Shown here piece by piece: positions 20,501-35,500 of a DNA stretch of 64,000 bases; position 1 is the first letter of the stretch; each line of letters begins with the position of its first letter. A model generated the notes under the pieces. That model saw nothing but the letters and a program-made list of their open reading frames with translations. It was not told where the DNA came from and did not search any database. The position numbers and the translations under genes are program-made. The DNA lies in assembly GCA_004431415.1 (NCBI GenBank), contig QPMI01000107.1, positions 1 to 64,000 on the forward strand. The letters run 5' to 3'. Origin of the DNA: Cyanophora paradoxa CCMP329 (Eukaryota > Plantae > Glaucophyta).

Positions 20501-23500
20501 CTCGTCCACGACTTCGACAGGTCTCTCTGCATCGTGGAACCCCGGCGCTACCATCGGCGTCACCCAGCCGACCGGCTCCGACAAGCTCGACACCGTGCTG
20601 GACGCTCGTTTTAAGGCCCCCACGGCCATGCACCCTTGCAACAACCTCATGCTTGACGCCTCCACGACTGGCGGCACTTGCGGTCGGCGCGTCATTTACA
20701 AGTGGGGCTTCGGTGCGCCTCTTGTGCGATGCTTCCTTCACCGATCCTGATCCTGAACCGCCTTCGCAGAAACGCTCGCGCCGAACAACATCTCCGTCGA
20801 TGCGATTCGCGCCATCGTGGAGTCGGCGAACAGCACCATCGTCCAGATCCCCAAGGAGCTGTTCGACCCTGGCCAGACGTACACTTTCAGCCTGACCGTC
20901 ACGAACGCGTTTGGTCTGTCGTCGACCACCAAGCAGTCCACTGCCGTGTTCCCGATCGACGTTCCCATCGCCATCATCTACGGCGCTCGCGACTTCTTCC
21001 CTCGAAGCGAGAGCCTGCACCTTGACACTGATCTTATTCCCGCGTACTGCCTTGGAATCACTCTGGGCCAGCTCCCGCCACTCGGCTTTGACGTGAGTCC
21101 TTTGAAACTTGAGTCTTCTTCTTTGTTAGCCTCAACCTTGTGCGCAGTGGGCCGTGCGCGCTCTGAGCCCCCCAGGGCCCGAGCTCGCCATACCCGACGC
21201 GTCCTTCGACTCGTCGCGGCGCCAGCTTATCATCCCGGTCAAGGCGCTCACTCCCGGCACGCTGTACGGATTCACCTTCCGCGCATATCAGATCGAGAAG
21301 CCTACCGTGTACGGCGAGGCCTTCGCAATGGCTTTCGCCAAGTACTCACCGCTCATCGTCGATATTCCGGAGACGGACCGCACTGTGACTCAGCAGGTTC
21401 CTGAGAGGCTCACGTGCCAGGCGACTGATCCCGATGCGGGCTCCACGGGCACCTGGCAACCCGCGCCGGCTGAGCAGCGCCGTCGCCTAGCCAACCTTAT
21501 CGACGACTTCACGACGCGCACCAACCGCCGCCGCGCCCTCCTGGGTGACGAGCACGTGGTTGTCAAGCCGACGGTCGATGAGATCTCGTGTATCTCCGGC
21601 GGCACGGACGGCACTTGCGTCATCTACTTCGGTGAGCGCTCTCCGACTCTTGCCCAGATGTCCCTCGAATATCCCCGCAGGCTACGATAACCCGTCCACG
21701 AGGACGGTCGTGCAGCATGTGGTGACTGAGCCCGGCACCGCACCGACGTACAACACGCTGTACCTGCCTTTCGGCGTGTCGAACGTGTCGATTCCCCACG
21801 AGTTCATTCCCGGCCGCCAGTACAAGGTGTTCTACATCACTGTCCCGTGTGTCCCTTGCACGCAGACATACGCGTGGGCGCTCAAGACGAGCTCTGCGGA
21901 CTCCGCCATCACCGCTTCCGCCAACCCGTGCTTCCCGCCGACGGACAGCGCCCCAACGTTCGATACCACCAGCAAGAAGTGCACGGTCATCAAGCCGGAC
22001 ACGGCAGTCGTGCAGACGTCTGATGCGAGCTACGAGTGGTACTGCGAGGACCTGTCTGCCGCCGGAACTCCGTGTTCCGAGTTCATCGAAGCGTTTTCTG
22101 GCGGAATTCCCACAGGCGACACGCTCAACTTCATGTTCCGGCCGGGGTTCAACTTCCCCTTCAAGTTCACCTGCAACGGTTACGTTGGGAACAAGGCCGG
22201 CAAGGACTACGTGACGCTCACTTCAGTCGCTGGTAACGGTCCGACGGTCCTGGTTTATGGCGTCTTCGATGAGTACGGCAAGCCGTTCCCGAAGATCCAG
22301 GACGGCGATCGCTACATCCCGATCGTCCCGTGGAACCGCCCCCTCATGTTCCAGACCAAGGTGACGTCGAACGTCCCCGTCGGTACTGATCCGACGGTGA
22401 CGTACGAATGGTCGCTGCCGCCCTCGGACATCGCTCTCGAGTACGGCAAGACGATTTCGACGACGAGCCGCTACAACGTGCCGACTCTCATTGTCATGAA
22501 GAACGTCGTAACTCCGGGCGCCATCTACCGCGCGACGGTCACCGCTCAGGATGCCCTCAACAATGTCGCGTCTGGTTACGTCGAGTTCAAAGTCGGCACG
22601 CCGCCGCTCACGCGGTCGCCCATTGGCGGCTTGATTGTCACTCCGACGAATGGCACGGCCATGGGATCCGGCCCCGAGACTACGCTGTTCCGCCTGACCG
22701 CGCTGGACTGGTACTCGCCGTTCGGGCCCGTGGACTTCAAGTTCTACTACATTCCTCCCCGCCAGCAGCAGAACAATACTATTTGGCTGTTTGAGGATAT
22801 CGTGAACGGCACCGTCCGCAATGACACCGATGGGCGCGAGGAGCTCATCAGCGGGTGGAACCCCTCGAACACTCGCGGCAACGTCCTGCTCCCCGCTGGA
22901 GTCCTGCCGTACTACTACATCACGTATGCGATGCTCGATTGATGACTGTCGATCTTGCGCTTACTGCGATGCAGTTGTGTGGTCTACGTGCGTGACATCT
23001 ACGGAACGGAAGTCCGCGCGTTCACCCGCGCGAGCGTGCTCCCTCCGCGGTTGACGGTACGCAACTGCTAAGAACGTTGATGTTGACCAGAGGGTTGAGT
23101 TCACTTCAGATTTGGTCGATCACGAACCGCACTGTTGGCTGGGCGGCGGACATGATCAACATCGGTGATCCTGGCGCAGGCCTGAACTCCATTCTCGCCG
23201 GCGCGCATCTGATCAACTGGGGCGCGAACGGAACTGCGGCCACGTGCTCGGTGTCGCTCCCTGCGCTGGTCAGTTCCTGGAGTGACGACGATCCGGCCAA
23301 CCCCACGGACGAGGCCGAGTACATGTACATGAAGGGGCACTACATCGTACGCAACGACTGTCTTTTACTTTCCTTCTGCCCGTGAGAACCTTATTACACC
23401 TTTCCATCTTAGGTTCAGAACGAGGGCCGCACGGCCATCAGGGGCTCGCTCACGGTCACCTGCCAACAGGTGTCCACGTTCGCCAGCATCGCTGAAACAG

Positions 23501-26500
23501 GCAACCCACTCGAGACGAGGATTCCCTACTCGAATCCTTATTCGAACGACGGTGGTTTGAACCAGCGCCTCCATCCGGATAACACCATCTACGATGACTC
23601 GTTCAACCTTACCGATGTCGGCTGGGCCATGCCCGTCGGGGGCTCCTCCAGCTTCGACTTGATCGTCCGTTGCCCGAAGGGCCAGCAAGCACGGTGCCTG
23701 CTGCCGGTTTGCAGCTGCCCGACCGGGGATCAGAATCTGGCGATGCCCGAGTCGCTTGACAAGCTGATGACTTTGGTACAACGATCTTATTCCGTTTACC
23801 GTGGCTATCATCTCTAACTTTGTGAAAATGCAGGCCGCAAATATCACCTACCAGCTCAGCCGCGGCTCGATTCCGGACGCCGAAGTCGAGAAGTGCATCA
23901 ACGTCATCAACGGGATCTTTGGCAACACGAACACGGACGCCATCATGACCGGAACCACTCGAACCGCCGCCGGCATCCTGTCTGAGCTCCTTCGTGTCAT
24001 GTTTGTTTGGGCCTGCTTTTCCATGGCTTTTCCCGCAGCTGACCGCCTGCCGGCAGCGAGGCGGGCCAGCTCCCGTACGACGTTACGTATGCGGCTGTTG
24101 AATCACTGAACCGAATGCTGTGGAACCAGAACCAGCCGAACGATGTCGCGTGCGTTTCGGTTTTGTGTGCTCACAATATCGATCTATCTCACGCACCCTT
24201 TGTTCACAGGACCGGCCGCCCCGACGCGCCTTCGGTCAAGCTGTCGAATATCACGATCTCGTCGATCTTCGTCACCGTCAACTATCCGTCATCCGTGAAC
24301 CCGAGCGACGTGATCATGACGATCGTGTACCGCAAAGGGCCTGAAGACGCGGAGCCGGTGCTGCTGGAGAGCCTACCGAACGGGCAGAACTCCTTTAACG
24401 ACGAGGGGCTTCACTACGGCACCGTCTACACTTACACGGCGACCTTCACCCTGTCGAACGCGATCACCAGCCAGTTCTCCGATCCGGTCTCTGGCCTCAC
24501 GCTCCTCCCCGTCGTGCCTACCCCGGTGATCACTGAAATCATCGATGTCACCGAGAACTGTGAGCCTCTCGCTCGCTTGAGATTTGCTTTTACGTTCTGA
24601 ACTCGTTTCTTCGCAGTCGTTCAGCTGGCGTTCACGGCGGAATGGACAACGAATGGCATCGATGTCGATTCCATCCAGGCGAATCACACGCAGTACCCCA
24701 TCTCCGTCCTTTCTGCGCCAACAAAGCGGAGGGCGAACCGCCGTATGCTGGCCGCCGGCGAGCTTGCATTCAACGTACCGAGGGTCAGGGTCACTGAGTT
24801 CGGCGCGCTCAACTTCAGCGACTTCGACCTCGCTCCGGGGTCTGTGTACGACTACAACATCATGGCCCACGCTGAGAGCGGGGCCTTCTCCGCGGGATCG
24901 CCGGAGTACCGCATCACCACGTGCCCGTCGCCTCCGTCCCTGGAAGTCATCTACGTGACCTTTAACTCTGTCAACGTCTCGGTCGTCGAGCCGCTGGATA
25001 GGTCCGCTCAGGTGGCCGTTCGGGCGTACCTGAGGCGCCGCTTCGAGCGCTCGGGAGACGACGTGACGCTGCTGGTGAAGGAGGACGTCACCCCGAAGCT
25101 CGATGTGACGCTGCCTTACTTGGACAAAGGAGTGCTCCCGGGGCGCGTGATCATCTACTCGGCGCGGTACGCAGTCCTCAACTACGAGAAGCTGTACTTT
25201 TCGCGCTGGACGGAGAACATCCCCGTCTACACTCCGCCGAGTCCCCCGGCGATTGAGGCGACGCCCGTGAACTCGACCTGCGTCAGCGTCACTGTCTCGT
25301 GCCCTGCTGACGCCACGGAGCAGTACATCCGCAACGTGACCATCTACCGTGATGGCACACCGATCGCCACCCTGCCCGCCTGCGACGGGAACACGGACCC
25401 AGTTACCATCGTCGACTGCGGTGTCATTCCGGGCGGCGACCACACGTACACCTCGACTTTCAACGGCGATCACGGCACGACCTCTGAATCATCCCAGGCT
25501 GCTCCCACGGAGCTCCCGCCATCGCCCCCGACTCTCGGCAAGGAGAACGTGAAGGACAAGAGCGCCGACATTAACATTTTCCTTCCTACCGACGGCAGCG
25601 CCACCGGGAACAACTCCGTGGTCGGGGCGTACCTGCTTCGCAACGGCGAGCCCGTCAATGATGTTTCGGGCGGCCCGTTGAACGAGGGCGGCTGGGTCGA
25701 AGGGCCCGGCGACTGGACGTACCCGGACTCGGCCCTCAGCCCCGGCACCGAGTACACGTACGAAGCGTACATCGTCCGCGAAAACGGCCTCAAGTCCGCG
25801 ACGTCTGAGCCGCTGACGTTCTGGACGCCCTGCTCCCCGCCGCAAGTGGAGGCGACGTCGCCGACCACGGATTGCATCACAGTAATCATCACGCTCCAGG
25901 ACCCCGTTTCCTCTGCGCTCGTGATCAACGTCACGAGGTCCACCGAGGGCGAGGCTCCCGTGGATGTCCGGTCGATCATCGTGCAGCCCAATGTCACCGT
26001 ATACTCGTTTGAGGACTGTGGCCTGAACGCGGGCCGCCCGTACAACTACACGGCTACCGTGGACGGCAAGGGCGACACGACCTCCGACCCTTCCAAGCCG
26101 GCCGAGGAATCGACCGTGCCCCCGCCGCCCATCCTTACTCTCGGCCCGGACCCGATCACCAAGGACAACGCAACTTTCACGATTTCCGTGCCCGATGGCA
26201 CCAATGCCGACGACATCAAGTCTTTCAACGTGTACTGCAACGATAAGAAAATCGCCAGCGTCACGCTTCCTGCGGATCAGTCGAGTGTCACGTTCACGCA
26301 CGATATCCACATCCCCGGCCATTTCTGCAAGTGCGTTGCATCGTTGATTGTCTGGCAGTCGTCCGGTCTCAACTCACACACCTCGCAGTTACTCGGCGGA
26401 AATCGTGTCAAAGTGGGATGAGGTTTCGAAGGAGTCCGAAGATCTCCCGTTGACAACCTCGCCTCTGGCGCCGTTTCCGGCTTGGGTCCCGTCGGGCGAG

Positions 26501-29500
26501 GACGCGAGCGAGGATCAGAAGTGCCGGTTCAAGAACACCATCAAGGCGACCGAGGTCACAATCACCGTTGCGTACCCAAAGGACGACCCATCGGGTGCCG
26601 AGAGCGGAAGCACCGTGACTCTGCTCGTGCTCGTAGTAAATGGCCCCTCGGGTCAGGAGCAGGTTCTTACGCCGCACACGGACGCTCAAAATTACAACAT
26701 CACGATTGTGAACCTGCAGCCGGACACTGTGTACATGATCATCACCTACTACCACGGCATCGGGACTGCCCGGTCGTTCAATTCGAGCGTCACTGTCCGG
26801 ACTGCACCGTCTCCGCCGTCTGTTGAGATCACGGACACCTCGAAGACACACGTTTTCTTGTCGCTGGAATACCCGCAGACAGGGGGCAGCTTCTTGGACA
26901 TTGATTTGAAGCGGCTGCTCGCTGATACCGAGGAATGGAATCCAGTAGTTGGGTCACCCTTCCAGCCCGGAACACACAACGACAGCGCCGGCATCCTCCC
27001 TGGCCGGTACTACTCTTACATCGGCCGGATCGTTACTGCGGTTTCCGGCGTGTGCTCTGACTGGTCCACCGCGGTCTCGAACTGGACTGAGATCTATCCT
27101 CCGATCATCCACGTGGACCCTGCGAACAAGACCCTGTCCGGCCTCGGTCCTGCGGTCACGAACGAGAGCGTGCGCATCAATATCGAGTATCAGACGCTCG
27201 AGAACTGGCGGGTAGTGTCCGTGGTGTACCTGTATCGTAATCGCTCGGAGGCGTCCATCGGCGATCTCGTCGTCTATGGGCAGCCTGATCGGAGTACGGA
27301 GCTCTCTCCGCCGACTCTCATCGACCTGACGGCGAAGCCTGGAAACCGGTACAACTACGTTGCGCGGTTCGATGGCCCAGGCGAGGTCACTTCGGACTGG
27401 TCCAACGAGATCTGGGTCACCACTCCTCCCTCGGCTCCGATCTTGAGCCTGATCTATGCCGATGACGACATTATCACCATCGACGTGCTGCCGCCCACGG
27501 ACGGCAGCGCGTTCAACCCCGATGTCCCCGTCTCCATCTTCATTATTCGCGTTGTCGTTAACGAAACTGGTCGCTTCCCTTCCGACCCTATCCGAGTGGA
27601 CGAGTTCGGCCCGTGGAACGACTACGGTATCAGCCCTGACGCCCGTGAGCCTGCAACTCAGTTTGAATACGTGGCGTACTTGGAGACAGCCGATCAATTC
27701 AAGTCGCCGGAATCGAACCGCGTCGATGTCGTCACCGCGCCCACGAGGCCCATCGTTGACGCGGACTACAGCGGCGTAATTTTCATCGACGTACTCCCTG
27801 GGCTCATCGAGTACAGTCCGGTCAACGCGTCCGATGTGCCTATGCAGATCGTGATGCCGGATGACGGCAGCTACGGTGTGGCGACCGCCATCGTAATCTA
27901 CCGCGATGGGCTCATCGTGGAGTCTGCTCTCTCGATGGACGTGATTGACTGCAAGGACACTTCTGGAAAGAAGTGCGTGTACTGGCGGGACGCTGGCCGC
28001 TCCTCGGCCACATCATACAAGTACGCGGCCTCCTTCAAGACGGCGCAACCTCTGGTCAACTCGCTCCAGTCGGACAACTACACGATCGTCACTGCGCCGG
28101 TCAAGCCTGTGCTGGGGGCGTACTCGACAACTACCGACCACAACGTTACGATCAGCGTCCCGTATCCGGCGGGGTCTGCAGAGAGTGACCGCAGCGCGTC
28201 CGTCATCGAGGACACCCAGTGCTTCCGCCTGAGGGTCGGGCAGGACTCGTGGAGAACCCTCGATCCTCTACTTCTCTCTGGCGGCGAGGACAAGTACACC
28301 CTGGTCGATCGCAGCGTAAAGGAAGCCGCGGCTGTCTACAGGTACAAGTGCCTTTTCCGCGGCACCCCTGGCCAGCCGATCTACGACACGAAGAGTGTCG
28401 AGTCGGAGGCGCTGGATGTGCATCTCCGCCCGGACCCCCCCGTTCTTGGTGGAACGACTGAGAACTCCACGGCTATTACATTGACTGCGACGACCACTGG
28501 ACTGAGTGCTGATATCACGAACGGGACCCGCTTCGAGTGCAACGACACACTCATTGTTGTGACGGTCCCTGCTTCGGAATCCGGTGTGACCTCAACGCTG
28601 CTCGGTCAGCTCAAGCCCGGTACAGTGTACATCTGCGTCGCGATTCTGGAATCCCCGTACGGAGACTCGGCACCGTCACCACCGAAGGTCATCTCTACGG
28701 ACCCCGCGCTGCCCCCGACTGTTGTTTGGGCTTGGAGTAGCGAGCTCGGTGGCAGCACGAACTCTACTGCCGTCTGGCTTCGGGTGGACAATGTTCCGAA
28801 CCCGAACGTGCCCGACATTCAAGTTGGCCAAGTCGTCATCCTGACGGATGCCGATGTTCTTGTCACGACCCTGACGTCAAGTCCGTGGACGTTTGTGCAC
28901 GCGGGCCTGATCCAGCGGACTGAGTACAAGTACAAGGCTTACTACACTACGCAGGGGGCGGACTCCCTTGTTAGCTCCGTGGCGAGTGCATGGACAGCAC
29001 CGGCTGCTCCAGTTGTTTCGATGACGGACCGCACCCACACGAGCATCTCGCTTTCGATCACCGAGGACGACACTGGCGGCGGTGAGAGAATCACGCATAC
29101 CAAGGTCGAGCGCAGGCTGTATACAGCGAGCGAGGATAGCTGGGTTTCGAACTCGGACTGCTCCACCAACAACAAGCTTCCAGACGACAAATGCATGGAC
29201 GACACCAACCTCAGCCCCGGCACCCAGTACGTGTACAGGGCACGCTTCCTTGGCTGGGGAGGTGACGAGGACGTCACGGAGGGCGAATGGTCGACGCCTT
29301 TGAACGTGTATTCCGAGGTCGAGCCGCCTGTCCTCACCTGCGTCTCTGCGACAAAGGACAGCGTGACGGGCTCGATCACATACAAGAACGGCACTGAGGC
29401 AGCCACTGAAGTTCGCGTCACTCGGACTTACCCGGACTCGGATCCTGCGGCGGTCTTGACGGACAGCTCTGACCCGTGGGAAACATCGTTCTCTTCCTCT

Positions 29501-32500
29501 TCTCTCTCATCCGGGACAGTGTACAAATTCAAGGCCGTTGTCGACGGCCTTGGCCAGTCCACATCCGCAGATTCGAACACGCTGACGGTGCGGACGGCGC
29601 CGAGCGACCCGACTCTTTCGCTTGTGTCTGCTGTGACGAACACCAATACCGGTAAGAGCACGATCACCATCCGCGTCGAGCACCCTTCGGATGGCAGCAC
29701 ATCGACCGTCATCTCCAGCCTGATCTATCGCGTGCCTGCATGGGTTGATAGTGATGGGGCCGCCATGCCCTTCAAGGATTCCAGCGCTTCATCCCACGAT
29801 TACGTTGACAGCGACGGAGTTGACGCATCTGCTTCATACACGTATTATGCTCAACTTGAGATCAGCGACACATGCGGAATGAAGGGCAATAATAGTGTAC
29901 ACATCTTGTCAGCGTACTCGAACAACCTCACCATTACGACGCCACCAGTTGCGCCGAACGTCATTAAAGGACCGCAACTAGCGACGACCTCGTCCATCAG
30001 CGTGGAGATCGAGCTTCCCGCGGGTTGGGAGAAGAGCAACGGCACGGAGCTGTACCGGGACGGCAAGCTCATCGTCACGCTTCCGACGCCTGGGCAGTGC
30101 ACCGCGTGCCAGTCAGCATCCGCGGAGTGCTGCCTTGTGTACGAGGACAAGGCCGGCCTCTCGCCGGGCCACGCGTACAACTACACGGCGCTGCTGACGG
30201 TTGACAACGGGGGCGTGCGCGTCACGTCGCCCGAGTCGCCGAAGACCGAGCTGTGGACCGCCCTGCCTGCGCCTGTGCCGGTCATCCACGCGAACACGAA
30301 CTACCCGTCGGTGACGGTGAACGTGTCCCTGCCCGCGAACCTCGAGGATGTTGTGGTCGCGACCAAGTGCTGGGAGAACGCCGCCACGACGCCCTCGCTC
30401 GCAAGCCTGACGAACGAGCCGTTCCTGGCGCTCTTCAGTGTGTCGAACAAGCAGTTCGTGGTGACGAGCACTTCCAGCTTAGTAAGCATGCCTTCCGTCG
30501 ACTGGGCGACGACCTACGTGTGGGTGTGCGTGTACCTCGGCAAGGGGGAGTCGAGGAGCGAGCCGGGCAACGTGACGGTGACGCTGCCGCCGAAGGCCCC
30601 CGTCGTTGCGATGACAATGGTCGACTCGAACACCATCTCCGTGACAGTCGACATCCAGAGCCACAATGCGAGCAAGCAGCTCTCCACCGACTACCAGCTG
30701 ACCTGCAACGACACGAACACGGCGCGCACGGTGGACATCGTGCTGACTGGGCCGGCGACGGTGACCCTCGCTGCCCTGCAGCCGAGCACCACGTACTCGT
30801 GCTGGGCGAAGGCAACGTCGTCGGCGGGCGACTCGCAGAACTCGAACACCGCGTCGGCGACGACGGACGACTCGCCCAAGCCGACCGTCTCGACGACCGA
30901 CGTCAACGCGACCGCCGTGTGGGTGAAGGTGACGCTGCCGGCGCTCATCCCTAATGTCACTGTGAGCGGTGTGCGGATCTGGCGGGCGACGGACGAGAAC
31001 GACGCGTCGTCCTGGAGCGCGTGGGAGGTCGTCGCGACGGTCTCGAGTGCGGATGCCGACGGGGCGTACCGCTACGTGGATGGGGGACGCGCGTCGCAGA
31101 CGAGGTACCGGTACAAGGCGGTGTTCCTCACGCCTGCGTACTCGAAGGAGAGCGATCCTCAGGACGCCCGCACCGGCCCGCCGGCGCCCGAGCTGACACT
31201 GAACTACGCGAAGGCCTACGAGGTGAAGCTCAACGTCACCCAGAGCGGCCTCAAGACCTCTTTCGTCGCCCAGACGCTGATCTGGCGCAACGATACGCGA
31301 ATCTGCACCACGGGGCCCGACGCGCTCGACTCGTGCCTTGACAACAGCGCCGCCGATGTCAGCCCCGGCATCACGTACAAGTATGTGGCACAGTACAGAG
31401 GCGTGGCCTTCTACGGTGGGGCGCCTGACGACCAGAAGTTCGGGGAATTCTCGGCTCCGCTCTACGTGACGACGCCGCTGGTTGTGAAGCCGAGCATCAC
31501 GCACGAGAAGATCACCGCGACGACCGCGGAGGTCTGCGTGACGTACCCGGCAGACGACAGCCGCTTCGAGATCAAGACGACGGAGTTCTCCCGCCTGTAC
31601 CTTCCGGAGGCCGAAGTGAACACGTTCTCGATCACGAGGACAGCCGCGGCCAAGGACTGCAAGACGCTCACGGGCCTGGAGCCGGCGACGACGTCGAACA
31701 TCACGGCTCACTACACGACGACGGGCGTGAACTCGACGACCTCGGACGTCCTGCAGGTCACGCAGGCGAGCCCGGCGGCGCCCCGGCTGTCCGTCGACTT
31801 CGACCCGGCCTACCCGAATGCGACAGCCGTCAAGGTCCGGGTGAAGTACCCGACGCAGCCGGCAGATTCGAGCATGCAGACGAACCCGGAGGAGGATCTC
31901 TTGCCGGTCGTCACCCGCATCGACCTGTACCGCAACGGCTCGCTCGTCGGCTCGCAGACTGCTGTCAGTACGACGGACACGTACGTGTTCATCGACGGCA
32001 GGCTCGCCCCTGGCCTGCTCTACTTCTACGAGGCGACGCTGTTCACCGAGTTCACGAACTCGCCGAACAAGTCGGTCCTGGCAGAGACGGACATCGCGGC
32101 CAAGCCCACGATCACGGCGACCGGCATCGACCGCAACACGTCGGTGATCACGCTGGTGGTGGACCACCCGGTGCCGGAGCAGGGGGCCGCTGTGACGATC
32201 CGCATCCACCGCTCGGATTCGGAGAACGGGGCGTACGAGAAGATTGCGGAGATAGCCAGCAAGCCGGAGCCGGAGGGCGACTACGTGTTCACCGACGCGA
32301 ACCGCGTGGCGGGGACGCAGTACTGGTACAAGGCGGAGTACACGACGTTCGGCGAGCCGGACGGAATCGCTGGCAAGGATTCGGAACTGAGCGTCGCGGA
32401 TGGGGCGTGGACTGCGCCGGCGCCGCCGGCTGTTAGCCTGAGCTCGGCCGAGGTGATGGGTTGGAATGAAGTCACGGTCAGCCTTCACGTGGCGCCGTCG

Positions 32501-35500
32501 TTGACGGGCAACTCCGTGACTGGCTTGGTGATCTCGCGCGATGACACGGGTGCCATCATCTGCTCGATGCATGATTCTCCTCAGTGGGTCAACGGTGTGG
32601 TCGGCATCGCGACGTGTGAGGACGACGACGCGGAGCCCGCGGTGACATACACGTACACGGCCTACTACGTCGGGGAAGAGGAATTGACGAGCAAGCGCGC
32701 GCACTTCAATGTGACGACGCCGCCCGAGGCGCCGGCGGTCGTCAAGGGCCCGTACCTGGCGACGACCTCGTCCATCAGCGTGGAGATCGAGCTTCCCGCG
32801 GGTTGGGAGAAGAGCAACGGCACGGAGCTGTACCGGGACGGCAAGCTCATCGTCACGCTTCCGACGCCTGGGCAGTGCACCCCGTGCCAGTCAGCATCCG
32901 CGGAGTGCTGCCTTGTGTACGAGGACAAGGCCGGCCTCTCGCCGGGCCACGCGTACAACTACACGGCGCTGCTGACGGTTGACAACGGGGGCGTGCGCGT
33001 CACGTCGCCCGAGTCGCCGAAGACCGAGCTGTGGACCGCCCTGCCTGCGCCGCGGCCGGTGATCGATGGGACGACTCCGGTACCCTCGGTGACGGTGAAC
33101 GTGTCCCTGCCCGCGAACCTCGAGGATGTTGTGGTCGCGACCAAGTGCTGGGAGAACGCCGCCACGACGCCCTCGCTCGCAAGCCTGACGAACGAGCCGT
33201 TCATGGCGCTCTTCAGTGTGTCGAACGAGCAGTTCGTGGTGACGAGCACCTCCAACTTGGCCAGCATGCCTTCCGTCGACTGGGCGACGACCTACGTGTG
33301 GGTGTGCGTGTACCTCGGCAAGGGGGAGTCGAGGAGCGAGCCGGGCAACGTGACGGTGACGCTGCCGCCGAAGGCCCCCGTCGTTGCGATGACAATGGTC
33401 GACTCAAACACCATCAACGTGACAGTCGACATCCAGAACCACGCTGCCAGCAAGCAGCTCTCCACCGACTACCAGCTGACCTGCAACGACACGAACACGG
33501 CGCGCACGGTGGACATCGTGCTGACTGGGCCGGCGACGGTGACCCTCGCTGCCCTGCAGCCGAGCACCACGTACTCGTGCTGGGCGAAGGCAACGTCGTC
33601 GGCGGGCGACTCGCAGAACTCGAACACCGCGTCGGCGACGACGGACGACTCGCCCAAGCCGACCGTCTCGACGACCGACGTCAACGCGACCGCCGTGTGG
33701 GTGAAGGTGACGCTGCCGGCGCTCATCCCCAATGTCGCTGTGAGCGGCGTGCGGATCTGGCGGGCGACGGACGAGAACGACGCGCCGTCCTGGAGCGCGT
33801 GGGAGGTCGCCGCGACGGTCTCGAGTGCGGATGCCGACGGGGCGTACCGCTACGTGGATGGGGCCCGGGCGTCGCAGACGAGGTACCGGTACAAGGCGGT
33901 GTTCCTCACGCCGGCGTACTCGAAGGAGAGCGATCCTCAGGACGCCCGCACCGGCCCGCCGGCGCCCGAGCTGACGCTGAACTACGCGAAGGCCTACGAG
34001 GTGAAGCTCAACGTCACCCAGAGCGGCCTCAAGACCTCTTTCGTCGCCCAGACGCTGATCTGGCGCAACGATACGCGAATCTGCACCACGGGGCCCGACG
34101 CGCTCGACTCGTGCCTTGACAACAGCGCCGCCGACGTCAGCCCCGGCATCACGTACAAGTACGTGGCGCAGTACAGAGGCATTGCCTTCTACGGTGGGGC
34201 GCCCGACAATCAGAAGTTCGGGGAATTCTCGGCTCCGCTCTACGTGACGACGCCGCTGGTTGTGAAGCCGAGCATCACGCACGAGAAGATCACCGCGACG
34301 ACCGTGGAGGTCTGCGTGACGTACCCGGCAGACGACAGCCGCTTCGAGATCAAGACGACGGAGTTCTCCCGCCTGTACCTTCCGGAGGCCGAAGTGAACA
34401 CGTTCTCGATCACGAGGACAGCCGCGGCCAAGGACTGCAAGACGCTCACGGGCCTGGAGCCGGCGACGACGTCGAACATCACCGCGCACTACACGACGAC
34501 GGGAATGAACTCGACGACCTCGGACGTCCTGCAGGTCACGCAGGCGAGCCCGGCGGCGCCCCGGCTGTCCGTCGACTTCGACCCGGCCTACCCGAATGCG
34601 ACAGCCGTCAAGGTCCGGGTGAAGTACCCGACGCAGCCGGCAGATTCGAGCATGCAGACGAACCCGGAGGAGGATCTCTTGCCGGTCGTCACCCGCATCG
34701 ACCTGTACCGCAACGGCTCGCTCGTCGGCTCGCAGACTGCTGTCAGTACGACGGACACGTACGTGTTCATCGACGGCAGGCTCGCCCCTGGCCTGCTCTA
34801 CTTCTACGAGGCGACGCTGTTCACCGAGTTCACGAACTCGCCGAACAAGTCGGTCCTGGCAGAGACGGACATCGCGGCCAAGCCCACGATCACGGCGACC
34901 GGCATCGACCGCAACACGTCGGCGATCACGCTGGTGGTGGACCACCCGGTGCCGGAGCAGGGGGCCGCTGTGACGATCCGCATCCACCGCTCGGATTCGG
35001 AGAACGGGGCGTACGAGAAGATTGCGGAGATAGCCAGCAAGCCGGAGCCGGAGGGCGACTACGTGTTCACCGACGCGAACCGCGTGGCGGGGACGCAGTA
35101 CTGGTACAAGGCGGAGTACACGACGTTCGGCGAGCCGGACGGAATCGCTGGCAAGGATTCGGAACTGAGCGTCGCGGATGGGGCGTGGACTGCGCCGGCG
35201 CCGCCGGCTGTTAGCCTGAGCTCGGCCGAGGTGATGGGTTGGAATGAAGTCACGGTCAGCCTTCACGTGGCGCCGTCGTTGACGGGCAACTCCGTGACTG
35301 GCTTGGTGATCTCGCGCGATGACACGGGTGCCATCATCTGCTCGATGCATGATTCTCCTCAGTGGGTCAACGGTGTGGTCGGCATCGCGACGTGTGAGGA
35401 CGACGACGCGGAGCCCGCGGTGACATACACGTACACGGCCTACTACGTCGGGGAAGAGGAATTGACGAGCAAGCGCGCGCACTTCAATGTGACGACGCCG